This document shows, piece after piece, positions 9,754 through 18,157 of a DNA stretch of 64,000 nucleotides. The notes under the pieces were generated by a model that saw only the letters and a program-made list of their open reading frames with translations, was not told the origin of the DNA and ran no database searches. Source of the DNA: Lentisphaerota bacterium (GTDB lineage Bacteria > Verrucomicrobiota > Kiritimatiellia > RFP12 > JAAYNR01); assembly GCA_016873675.1 (NCBI GenBank), contig VGWG01000005.1, forward strand, positions 5,648-69,647, given 5' to 3'. A program made the translations under genes and the position numbers. Each line of letters opens with the position of its first letter. Within the stretch, counting starts at the first letter, position 1.

Positions 9754-10773
9754 ATGAACTACTCCCTCACGCTGACCAAACTGATCGCTCGCATCGACCT
9801 GACTGAGGGCGAGGCCGCCGACTTGGTGGACGCCATCCTCGCAGGGGAGCTGACCGAGGCACAGATCGGCGCGGCTCTGGCTGCGGCTGCGGCCAAGGGC
9901 GAGTCGGTCGCCGAGGTTGCCGGCGCGGCCCGAGCCATGCGCCGCCGCGCGACGCGCATCCAGCCGCTGGTCGCCAACACCCTCGACACCGTGGGGACCG
10001 GCGGCGACGGCGGCATGACCTTCAACGTTTCAACGACGGTTGCCTTTGTCGCCGCAGGCGCGGGGGCGGTCGTCGCCAAGCACGGCAACCGCGCCAGTTC
10101 GGGCAAGAGCGGCAGCGCTGACTGCCTCGAGCAGCTCGGCTTCAACCTGGCCGCCGAGCCCGACCTCATGGAACAGGCGCTGAACGACATCGGCATCTGC
10201 TTCCTTTTTGCCCAGAACTTTCACCGCGCCATGAAATTCGCCGCCCCGGTTCGGAAGCAGCTCGGCGTCCGCACCCTCTTCAACCTCCTCGGCCCGCTCA
10301 CCAACCCGGCGGGGGCGTCCTGCCAGTTGATCGGCGTCTTCAAGCCCGAGCTCACCGAGATGTTCGCCCACGTGCTCAAAATCCTCGGCTCGCGCCGCGT
10401 CCTCGTCGTCCACGGCCATGACGGCATGGACGAGATCACGCTCACAGCCCCCACGCGCTGCTCGGAGCTGAAAGACGGCGTCATCCGCACCTATGACATT
10501 GATCCGACCCGCTATTTCGGCGATTTCTGCGCCCCCGACGAGCTTGCGGGCGGCACCCCCGCCGACAACGCCGCCATCACCCGCGGCATGCTTCGCGGCG
10601 ACATCCGCGGCCCCAAGCGCAACATCGTTTTGATCAACGCTGCCGCCTCGCTGCTCGCCGCCGGTTTGGCCGGATCGATCGAGGAGGGCATCCGAAAAGC
10701 CGAGGCTTCCATCGACTCCGGCGCCGCCCTGGACAAGCTGGATCGCCTGATCGCCTATTCGCGCCAACCATGA
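9754..10773 (+). CDS. trpD: Anthranilate phosphoribosyltransferase
   Basis: DTVGTGGDGGMTFNVST, HGNRASSGKSGSAD and LGVRTLFNLLGPLTNP are TrpD signatures. Confidence 0.9.
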   Translation: MNYSLTLTKLIARIDLTEGEAADLVDAILAGELTEAQIGAALAAAAAKGESVAEVAGAARAMRRRATRIQPLVANTLDTVGTGGDGGMTFNVSTTVAFVAAGAGAVVAKHGNRASSGKSGSADCLEQLGFNLAAEPDLMEQALNDIGICFLFAQNFHRAMKFAAPVRKQLGVRTLFNLLGPLTNPAGASCQLIGVFKPELTEMFAHVLKILGSRRVLVVHGHDGMDEITLTAPTRCSELKDGVIRTYDIDPTRYFGDFCAPDELAGGTPADNAAITRGMLRGDIRGPKRNIVLINAAASLLAAGLAGSIEEGIRKAEASIDSGAALDKLDRLIAYSRQP

Positions 10774-11558
10774 ACATTCTGGACCAGATCGTGGCGGCCA
10801 GACGCGCGGAGGTCGCCGCCGCCAAACAGCGCTTGCCGCTGGCAGCCTGCCGTGCCGCCGCCGCGTCTGCGCCGCGTGACCGCCGTGATTTTGCGGCCGC
10901 TATCCGCGCTCCCGGCATCCGAATCATTGCCGAGATCAAGCGCGCCTCGCCCTCCCGGGGCGACATCGACATCGGCCTCGATCCCGCCACCGTCGCCCGC
11001 GCCTATGCCGCAGGTGGCGCGGTCGCGCTGTCGGTGCTCACCGAGCCGGCCTTTTTCAAGGGCGCGACCGCCGACCTGCAGGCCGCGCGCCGCGCCGTCA
11101 CCCTTCCCGTGTTGCGCAAAGACTTCATCCTCGACCCCTATCAGCTCTACGAAACCGCCGCTCTGGGTGCCGACGCCGTGCTGCTCATCGTCCGCATCCT
11201 CCCCGATCCCCTCCTCGGCGACTTGCATGCCCTCGCCCGCGAGCTTGGCCTCGACGTGCTCACCGAGGTCTACGACGCCGACGACGCACGCCGCGCCAAT
11301 GCCATCGGCGCCGATCTGGTCGGCATCAACAACCGGAATCTTGCCTCGTTCGACACCGACGTCGACCAGGCCTCGCGTCTCGCCGCGCACATCCGCCCGG
11401 GCGCCTGTGTGGTGGCGCTCAGCGGCATCGCCTCGGCCGACGACATCCGCCGCAATGGGACGGCAGGGATCACCCGTTTTCTCGTCGGCGAAACGCTGGT
11501 TCGCGCCCCCGATCCGGCCGCGCTGCTGCGATCCTGGACCTCCATTCATGCCCATTGA
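10770..11558 (+). CDS. trpC: Indole-3-glycerol phosphate synthase
   Basis: IIAEIKRASPSRG, LSVLTEPAFFKG, LRKDFI, GINNRNL. Its start overlaps the trpD stop. Confidence 0.9.
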   Translation: MNILDQIVAARRAEVAAAKQRLPLAACRAAAASAPRDRRDFAAAIRAPGIRIIAEIKRASPSRGDIDIGLDPATVARAYAAGGAVALSVLTEPAFFKGATADLQAARRAVTLPVLRKDFILDPYQLYETAALGADAVLLIVRILPDPLLGDLHALARELGLDVLTEVYDADDARRANAIGADLVGINNRNLASFDTDVDQASRLAAHIRPGACVVALSGIASADDIRRNGTAGITRFLVGETLVRAPDPAALLRSWTSIHAH

Positions 11559-12216
11559 AATCAAAATCTGCGGACTCACCGACCCGGCCGAGGCGCGCGC
11601 GTGCGCCGAGGCTGGCGCCGACGCCATCGGCCTGGTCTTCCATCCGCCCAGCCCGCGGAATCTGGAGCTCGCCCGCGCCCGCGCGATCAGCGACAGCCTG
11701 CCGCCGCGCGTTGCTCGGGTTGGCGTCTTTGCCGATGCCGATGCCGACACCATCCTGCGCATCGCCGCTGTGGCGGGGCTCACCGCGATCCAGCTCCACG
11801 GCGCCGAATCACTGGCCGCCCTGCCTCGTCTCCTTGGTGCCCCCTACCGCATCATCGCCGTTCTGCGCTCGACGGCGGGGCTGATTCAGGCGGCTCGCGC
11901 GCTACCCGAAACCGTCGGCATTCTGGTCGAGTGCGGCCGGGGCGTTTTGCCCGGCGGCAACGGCGCCACCTGGGAGTGGGCCGCCGCCGCACCCCTCGCC
12001 TCCGTCCGCCCTTTCGCCCTCGCCGGCGGCCTCTCGCCCGATACGGTCGTCGAAGCCGTCCGCGACGCGCGCGCCGCCGCTGTGGACATCAGCTCCGGTG
12101 TGGAGTCATCGCCCGGCCGGAAGGATGTGGTCCGCGTCCGTCTCCTCATCCGCCGTCTCACGGAGGCCTTCATCGACCTTCCCGGCCCCGCACACGCCGT
12201 CTTTCGCAGCCTGTGA
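11548..12216 (+). CDS. trpF: Phosphoribosylanthranilate isomerase
   Basis: MPIEIKICGLTDPAEARACAEAGADAIGLVF...IQLHGAE. It overlaps the trpC stop by 11 nt. The ORF-track entry 10852..12216 is an upstream extension. Confidence 0.85.
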   Translation: MPIEIKICGLTDPAEARACAEAGADAIGLVFHPPSPRNLELARARAISDSLPPRVARVGVFADADADTILRIAAVAGLTAIQLHGAESLAALPRLLGAPYRIIAVLRSTAGLIQAARALPETVGILVECGRGVLPGGNGATWEWAAAAPLASVRPFALAGGLSPDTVVEAVRDARAAAVDISSGVESSPGRKDVVRVRLLIRRLTEAFIDLPGPAHAVFRSL

Positions 12217-12288
12217 CGCTCAGGCAGAAATCCAGCAATCGCGATTTGACAATCGGTGATCCCTGTGCGAAAATGCGGCCTCTTTTTT

Positions 12289-12364
12289 GGCGGGTTAGCT
12301 CAGTTGGTAGAGCAACGGAATCATAATCCGTCTGTCGGGGGTTCAAGTCCCTCACCCGCCACCA
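12289..12364 (+). tRNA. tRNA-Met (anticodon CAT; could be tRNA-Ile2/lysidine type)
   Basis: GGCGGGTTAGCTCAGTTGGTAGAGCAACGGAATCATAATCCGTCTGTCGGGGGTTCAAGTCCCTCACCCGCCACCA. The 7-bp acceptor is GGCGGGT/ACCCGCC, the D-arm AGCTCAGTTGGTAGAGC, the anticodon stem ACGGA/TCCGT with loop ATCATAA, the T-arm GGGGGTTCAAGTCCCTC, and CCA is encoded. It is followed by a hairpin AAAACCCCGGCGTTGCTGGGGGTTTTT. Confidence 0.85.
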
Positions 12365-12640
12365 GCCAAAAAGCCCCACAAAACCCCGGCGTTGCTGGGG
12401 GTTTTTCATTTTACGCCCCGGTTTGCGGGCAAGCCCCGGTTGAGTGGCGTTCGTTCTTGTCCGATTCGTTTCTGACGTGGTATCCTTTCCGGTCTATGAC
12501 CGTGTCAGCATTCATTTCCAAGTGGCGTAAGGTGGAATTGAAGGAGCGCTCCGCCGTTTACGGCTGGTCCGCCGACCTCACCGACGATGCAATCCTCGAA
12601 CGGCTTATGCGTTGAATTCGGGGAATGCAAAAGGATGCCC

Positions 12641-14098
12641 ATGTTTGAACAAGCCTTCAAAAACATCGACGACGTCCTCTGGAAAGACGCTGGCTGCACC
12701 AGCGAACTCGATTACACCGAGCAGACCTCCTGGTTGCTCTTCCTGAAGTACCTCGACGCCCTGGAGACCGATCGCGCCACGGCGGCCGCCCTGAACGGCA
12801 AGACCTATACCCACATCCTCGACGCCCCCTTTCGCTGGGCCACGTGGGCCGCCCCCAAGGGCAAGGACGGCAGGATCGACCACAACACCGCCCTCTCCAG
12901 CGACGACCTCATCGCCTTCGTCAACGGCAAGCTCTTTCCCTACCTGCACGGCTTCAAGGCCAAGGCCACCGGCCCGAACACCATCGAATACAAGATCGGC
13001 GAAATCTTCGGCGAGATCAAGAACCGCATCCAGAGCGGCTACAACCTGCGCGAGATCATTGATCACATCGACGAACTCCGCTTCCAGTCCCAGACCGAGA
13101 AGCACGAGCTCTCGCACCTCTACGAAGCCAAGATCAAAAACATGGGCAACGCCGGGCGCAACGGCGGCGAGTATTACACCCCGCGCCCGCTCATCCGCGC
13201 CATCGTCGCCGTCACCGCGCCCCGGCTCGGTGAGACCCTCTGCGACCCCGCCGTCGGCTCGGCCGGCTTCCTCTGCGAATCCTTCGAGTACCTCCGTGTC
13301 CAGAACCCCCAGCGCACCACCGCCCAGGACCGCACCCTGCAAGAGCGCACCTTTTACGGGAAGGAAAAGAAGTCCCTCGCCTACGTCATCGCGATCATGA
13401 ACATGATCCTGCACGGCATCGAGGCGCCCAACATCATCCACACCAACACGCTCGCCGAGAACCTCGCCGACGTGCAGGAAAAGGACCGCTTCGACATCAT
13501 CCTCGCCAATCCGCCCTTCGGCGGCAAGGAGCGCAAGGAGGTGCAGCAGAACTTCCCCATCCGCACCGGCGAGACCGCCTTCCTCTTCCTCCAGCACTTC
13601 ATCAAATTCCTCAAGGCCGGCGGCCGCGCCGGCGTCGTCATCAAGAACACCTTCCTCTCCAACACCGACAACGCCTCCGTCAGCCTGCGCCGGAAGCTGC
13701 TGGAGGAGTGCGACCTCCACACCGTGCTCGACTGCCCCGGCGGCACGTTCATCGGCGCCGGCGTCAAGACCGTGGTCCTCTTCTTCCAGAAGGGCGCCAA
13801 GACGCGCAAGGTCTGGTTCTACCAGCTCGACCCCGGCCGCAACATGGGCAAGACCAACCCGCTCAACGACGCCGACCTCGCCGAGTTCGTCGCGCTCCAG
13901 AAGACCAAGGCCGACTCGCCCAAGAGCTGGAGCGTGGACGCGGCGGCCATCGATCCGCAGACCTTTGACCTCTCCGTCAAGAACCCCAACGCTGGCGAGG
14001 CGGTCGCCCACCGCACCCCGCAGGAGATCATGGACGAAATCGCCGCGCTGGATGCCGAGAGCGCCGAGGTGCTGGCCAACATCCGAGGGCTGCTATGA
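12641..14098 (+). CDS. hsdM: Type I restriction-modification N6-adenine DNA methyltransferase subunit
   Basis: MFEQAFKNIDDVLWKDAGCTSELDYTEQTSWLLFLKYLD is the HsdM N-domain. Motif I is DPAVGSAGFL and motif IV is NPPFGG. Alternative in-frame starts are 12635 and 12587. The stop overlaps the next gene. Confidence 0.9.
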   Translation: MFEQAFKNIDDVLWKDAGCTSELDYTEQTSWLLFLKYLDALETDRATAAALNGKTYTHILDAPFRWATWAAPKGKDGRIDHNTALSSDDLIAFVNGKLFPYLHGFKAKATGPNTIEYKIGEIFGEIKNRIQSGYNLREIIDHIDELRFQSQTEKHELSHLYEAKIKNMGNAGRNGGEYYTPRPLIRAIVAVTAPRLGETLCDPAVGSAGFLCESFEYLRVQNPQRTTAQDRTLQERTFYGKEKKSLAYVIAIMNMILHGIEAPNIIHTNTLAENLADVQEKDRFDIILANPPFGGKERKEVQQNFPIRTGETAFLFLQHFIKFLKAGGRAGVVIKNTFLSNTDNASVSLRRKLLEECDLHTVLDCPGGTFIGAGVKTVVLFFQKGAKTRKVWFYQLDPGRNMGKTNPLNDADLAEFVALQKTKADSPKSWSVDAAAIDPQTFDLSVKNPNAGEAVAHRTPQEIMDEIAALDAESAEVLANIRGLL

Positions 14099-15162
14099 GC
14101 GAACTGCCGGCCAGGGACTACGGCGACTTTCTGGTTGCAGTCAAGACCCGCATCCGGCAGGCGCAATACCAAGCGTTGCGGGCGACGAACAAGGAGCTTC
14201 TGACGCTCTACTGGGACCTGGGCGAGTCCATCCACCGCAAGCAGGATGCGCTGGGATGGGGCCGATCCGTGGTTGAGACGCTTGCCAGCGACCTCCAGGC
14301 TGAGTTCCCGGGGCGGAACGGTTTCTCAGCCCGCAACCTCTGGAACATGAGGGACTTCTACACCGAATATTCCGCCAGGCCAAAACTGCAACCGCTGGTT
14401 GCAGAAATCAGTTGGGCTAAAAACCTGGTCATCATGGCCCGTTGCAAGGATGACTTGGAGAGGGAGTTCTACCTCCGCGCCACCGCGCGCTTCGGCTGGA
14501 CCAAGGCCGTGCTCCAGCACCAGATCGACAACAAGAGCTACGAGAAATACCTGCTCAACCAGACCAACTTCGACGCGACCCTGCCCGCCGAGATCAAGGC
14601 GCAGGCGGCGCTGGCGGTCAAGGACCACTACACCTTCGATTTTCTCGACCTGGCCGAGGAGCACTCCGAGCGCGAACTGGAGCGGTCCCTGGTCAACAAC
14701 ATCCGCCGATTCCTCGCCGAAATGGGCGGTGCCTTCACCTTTGTCGGCAACCAGCACCGCCTGGAGGTGGGCGGACAGGAATACTTCATCGACCTCCTGC
14801 TGTTCCACCGCCGCCTCCGCTGCCTGGTGGCGATCGAGCTGAAGATCGGCAGTTTCGAGCCGGAGCACAAGGGCAAGATGGAGTTCTACCTGGAGGCGCT
14901 CGACGCGCAGGAGCGCATCGACGGCGAAAACCCGCCCGTCGGCATCATCATCTGCCGCGACAAAAACAAGACCGTGGTCGAATACGCCCTGCGCACCGCG
15001 GGCCGCCCCATCGGCGTCGCCACCTACACCGTCGTCCCCCAACTGCCCGCAACCTACCGCGACCAGCTCCCCAGTCCCGAAGCCATCGCCGAACGCCTCC
15101 GCCTGTGGGCCGCCGAGAGCGCCCGACAAGCCGCCGCTGACCAGGCGGAGGGGGCGGGATGA
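14095..15162 (+). CDS. PDDEXK-nuclease-fold protein YhcG/DUF1016, embedded in the type I R-M operon
   Basis: A 355-aa protein with ...YWDLG..I...W..NLVIMARCKD..EREFYL...GWTKAVLQHQI...FDFLDL...ELE..L...FLAEMGGAFTFVGNQHRLEVGGQEYFIDLLLFHRRLRCLVAIELKIG, the DUF1016 pattern. Its location between hsdM and hsdS is classic. Confidence 0.75.
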   Translation: MSELPARDYGDFLVAVKTRIRQAQYQALRATNKELLTLYWDLGESIHRKQDALGWGRSVVETLASDLQAEFPGRNGFSARNLWNMRDFYTEYSARPKLQPLVAEISWAKNLVIMARCKDDLEREFYLRATARFGWTKAVLQHQIDNKSYEKYLLNQTNFDATLPAEIKAQAALAVKDHYTFDFLDLAEEHSERELERSLVNNIRRFLAEMGGAFTFVGNQHRLEVGGQEYFIDLLLFHRRLRCLVAIELKIGSFEPEHKGKMEFYLEALDAQERIDGENPPVGIIICRDKNKTVVEYALRTAGRPIGVATYTVVPQLPATYRDQLPSPEAIAERLRLWAAESARQAAADQAEGAG

Positions 15163-16322
15163 AGAAGGGGTGGCAGACAAAGACGCTGGGGGACGTCTGC
15201 GCTTTCGACAAAGCGCAAGGCATCCACCGGGGTTTGCCTTACGTCGGGCTTGAACACATCGAGTCTCACACAGCGCGTTTTATCGGCTCAAGCGAGCCGC
15301 AGCCTGTCAAAAGCTCGACGTTTCGATTTTCCGACGAGCACGTTCTCTACGGGCGGCTTCGACCTTATCTGAACAAGGCACTCGCGCCGGATTTCGAGGG
15401 CCATTGCTCAACGGAAATCTTCCCACTGAAGCCGCGCCCTGAACTCTCGCGGGAATATCTGCTGTTTTGGCTGCTGGCTGATGAGACGTGTGACCGCATC
15501 AACGAGACTTGCACGGGCGCACGAATGCCACGCGCTCAGATGAACGACGTGCTCGGCTTTGAGATTCCCGTCCCCCCCCTCCCCGAACAGCGGCGGATCG
15601 TCGGCCTGCTCGACGAAGCGTTTGCGGGCCTCGCCACCGCCAAAGCCAACGCCGAAAAGAACCTCCAGAACGCCCGCGCCCTCTTCGAAAGCCACCTCCA
15701 ATCCGTCTTCGCTGACCAATGGCATGTTGGTAAGTTGGTTACACTCTCGGAGTTGGCCACTGACATCACGGACGGCGACCATCTGCCACCGCCGAAGTCT
15801 CCAACCGGTGTACCATTCATCACCATAGGAAACATCGTGAAGGAGACCCGCGAGATTGATTTTAGCGACACCTTCATGGTGCCTCGCGCTTACTTTGACG
15901 CTCTTAAAACCTACAAGAAGCCTCGGCGGGGAGACGTTCTTTATACCGTCACCGGTTCATTCGGAATCCCCGTCATTGTCCGTGATGACGCCGAATTTTG
16001 CTTCCAGCGGCACATTGGCCTTGTTCGTCCGAAGCCCGAGATAAGCAGTTCCTGGCTCTACTATCTCCTCATGTCTCCACAGTTGCTCAAACAGGCAAAT
16101 GAAGGTGCCACGGGCACGGCACAAAAGACTGTTTCATTAAAACTCCTCCGCAGTTTCATGGTGCCCAAGGTTGCGCCGAACCAACAGAGGCAAGCTGTGG
16201 GAAAACTTGACGCCCTCAATGCCGAAACCCGCCACCTCGCCGCCATCTACTCCCGCAAGCTCGCGGTGCTGGAGGCGTTGAAGAAGTCGCTGCTGCACCA
16301 AGCCTTCACCGGAGAACTCTGA
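15159..16322 (+). CDS. hsdS: Type I R-M specificity subunit (two target-recognition domains)
   Basis: The conserved central repeat is LPPLPEQRRIVGLLDEAFAGL and the C-terminal repeat is LRSFMVPKVAPNQQRQAVGKLDAL...LKKSLLHQAFTGEL, separated by two variable TRDs. It is translationally coupled on both sides. Confidence 0.85.
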   Translation: MKKGWQTKTLGDVCAFDKAQGIHRGLPYVGLEHIESHTARFIGSSEPQPVKSSTFRFSDEHVLYGRLRPYLNKALAPDFEGHCSTEIFPLKPRPELSREYLLFWLLADETCDRINETCTGARMPRAQMNDVLGFEIPVPPLPEQRRIVGLLDEAFAGLATAKANAEKNLQNARALFESHLQSVFADQWHVGKLVTLSELATDITDGDHLPPPKSPTGVPFITIGNIVKETREIDFSDTFMVPRAYFDALKTYKKPRRGDVLYTVTGSFGIPVIVRDDAEFCFQRHIGLVRPKPEISSSWLYYLLMSPQLLKQANEGATGTAQKTVSLKLLRSFMVPKVAPNQQRQAVGKLDALNAETRHLAAIYSRKLAVLEALKKSLLHQAFTGEL

Positions 16323-16324
16323 CC

Positions 16325-16999
16325 ATGCCCAATGCCCCAATCACAGAACGCACTTCCAATCCTGCCGAAATCACCACGGTCGGCATCGATGTGGGCGGCG
16401 AACGCAAGGGTTTTCACGCCATCGCGATTACCAACGGAGATTATTCGAGCCACCTTGCCACAAAGGACGTGCAGGAACTTTCCTGCTGGTGTCGTGATAC
16501 GGTGCGAGCACAAGTCATCGCTGTGGATGCACCGTGCGGCTGGAGCATCGACGGACATTCACGCCCCGCCGAGCGCGAGCTAATGCAAAAGAGCATCTGG
16601 TGTTTCTCAACGCCGACGCGAGAGAAGGCAGTCGGGCATCCCACCAATTACTTCGGCTGGATGCTGCGGGGCGAGGCGTTGTTTCGTGCGCTCGAAAATG
16701 ACTTCCCCCTTTGTCGCAAACTGCCCGCAACAAACCGGAAGTGCTGCTTCGAGACTTTCCCGCACGCCATCACCTGGCATCTGCGGGGTGGCAATGCCGA
16801 TGCTCGGCGTAAGCGTGAACAACGCCGGGCCTTGCTGACGCAGGCGAGAATCGACATCACCGGGTTGACAAACATCGACCTCGTTGATGCCGCGCTCTGC
16901 GCCCTCACGGCTAACCGCGCCGCCACGGGCGGTGCGTGCGTGAGTTTCGGTGAGCAGAACACCGGATTGATCATCGTACCCACCCAACCCAACCTATGA
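16325..16999 (+). CDS. DUF429-like predicted RNase-H-fold nuclease, embedded in the R-M operon
   Basis: A 224-aa protein with VGIDVGGERKGFHAIAI...VIAVDAPCGW...DLVDAALCALTA. Size and motif spacing match DUF429 as I recall it. It starts 3 nt after the hsdS stop. Confidence 0.5.
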   Translation: MPNAPITERTSNPAEITTVGIDVGGERKGFHAIAITNGDYSSHLATKDVQELSCWCRDTVRAQVIAVDAPCGWSIDGHSRPAERELMQKSIWCFSTPTREKAVGHPTNYFGWMLRGEALFRALENDFPLCRKLPATNRKCCFETFPHAITWHLRGGNADARRKREQRRALLTQARIDITGLTNIDLVDAALCALTANRAATGGACVSFGEQNTGLIIVPTQPNL

Positions 17000-17106
17000 A
17001 CACCACCGAACCCCAGCGCCTCACCGCCATCTGCACCCGAAAGCGCGCCACGCTGGGGCAGTTGAAGAAGTCGGTGCTGCACCAAGCCTTCACCGGAGAA
17101 CTTTAG
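16996..17106 (+). pseudogene. Orphan 3' fragment of a second hsdS allele (36 codons)
   Basis: It encodes MNTTEPQRLTAICTRKRATLGQLKKSVLHQAFTGEL. The hsdS C-terminus at 16250-16322 reads ...LAAIYSRKLAVLEALKKSLLHQAFTGEL. The final ~43 nt are near-identical (gaagaagtcgGtgctgcaccaagccttcaccggagaactTtag versus ...tcgCtg...actCtga). Confidence 0.65.
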
Positions 17107-17116
17107 GAGACGCCCC

Positions 17117-18157
17117 ATGAGCAGGGAAAAGAAACTCCAGATTCGTAACAGCACCGCCGAGTTCCTGATCTTCACCCGGCAGGCGGGCGAGGACGGCATC
17201 GAGGTGCGCGTCGAAGACGAGACCGTCTGGCTGACGCAGAAGCTGATGGCGGCGCTGTTCGAGGTGACCGTTCCGACCATCAGCGAGCATCTGGCCAACC
17301 TATATGCCCAAGGTGAAATCTCCGAACCGGCAACTCTTCGGAATTTCCGAACAGTTCAAAAGGAGGGTGCCCGCGATGTCGCCCGGAATATGGATTTCTA
17401 CAACCTCGACGCCATCATCGCCGTAGGCTTCCGGGTGAACTCCGTCCGCGCCATCCAGTTCCGGCAATGGGCCACAGGCGTCTTGCGGGATTTCGCGATC
17501 CGCGGCTACGTGCTGGACAAGGAGCGGCTGAAGAACGGGGCGTTCCTGAGCAAGGAGTATTACGAAAACCTGCTGGCGGAGATTCGCGAGATCCGGGCGA
17601 GCGAGCGGAAGTTCTACCAAAAGATCACCGACATCTACGCCACGGCGATGGATTACAGCCCGGAGGCGGAGACGACCCAGACATTTTTCGCCACAGTGCA
17701 GAACAAGCTGCATTTCGCCATCCATGGCCGTACCGCCGCCGAACTGATTGTGGAACGGGCGGACAGCAAAAAGGAGCGCATGGGCCTGACGACCTGGAAG
17801 AACGCGCCGCACGGGAAGATCCTCAAGCCGGACGTCGTGGTGGCAAAGAACTACCTCACCGAAAAGGAACTGAAGTCACTGGATCGGATCGTGACGATGT
17901 ATCTGGATTACGCGGAAGATCAAGCCGAGCGCGGCATCCCAATGACCATGCGGGACTGGGCGACCAAGCTGAACGCGTTCCTCCAGTTCAACGAACGGGA
18001 CATTCTCGATCATCCGGGGAAGGTGAGCCAGGCGGTGGCCAAGGCCTTTGCCGAAAGCGAGTTCGAGAAGTACCGGATCGTACAGGATCGCCTGTTTGAG
18101 TCGGACTTCGACCGGCATATCAGGAAGGCTTTGGAAGGCGGCAAGGAAGAATCATGA
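17117..18157 (+). CDS. rhuM: RhuM-family protein (R-M/island-associated DNA-binding protein)
   Basis: ETVWLTQKLMAALFEV, FYNLDAIIAVGFRVNS, RASERKFYQKITDIYATAMDYS and IVTMYLDYAEDQAERG closely follow the RhuM consensus. RBS AGGAGA is present. Confidence 0.8.
   Translation: MSREKKLQIRNSTAEFLIFTRQAGEDGIEVRVEDETVWLTQKLMAALFEVTVPTISEHLANLYAQGEISEPATLRNFRTVQKEGARDVARNMDFYNLDAIIAVGFRVNSVRAIQFRQWATGVLRDFAIRGYVLDKERLKNGAFLSKEYYENLLAEIREIRASERKFYQKITDIYATAMDYSPEAETTQTFFATVQNKLHFAIHGRTAAELIVERADSKKERMGLTTWKNAPHGKILKPDVVVAKNYLTEKELKSLDRIVTMYLDYAEDQAERGIPMTMRDWATKLNAFLQFNERDILDHPGKVSQAVAKAFAESEFEKYRIVQDRLFESDFDRHIRKALEGGKEES

Noticed and set aside
10852-12216. A 454-aa ORF spanning trpC through trpF
   Set aside because: It is frame-shifted relative to trpC, with a low-complexity Pro/Ser/Ala translation for its first 230 codons. 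TrpF homology begins only at MPIEIKICGL (11548).
12496-12615. A 39-codon ORF (MTVSAFISKWRKVELKERSAVYGW...) between tRNA-Met and hsdM, faintly reminiscent of the N-terminus of type IIG/MmeI-like enzymes
   Set aside because: The similarity is limited to a loose F..KW....E pattern. It is too short to support, so it is not called.
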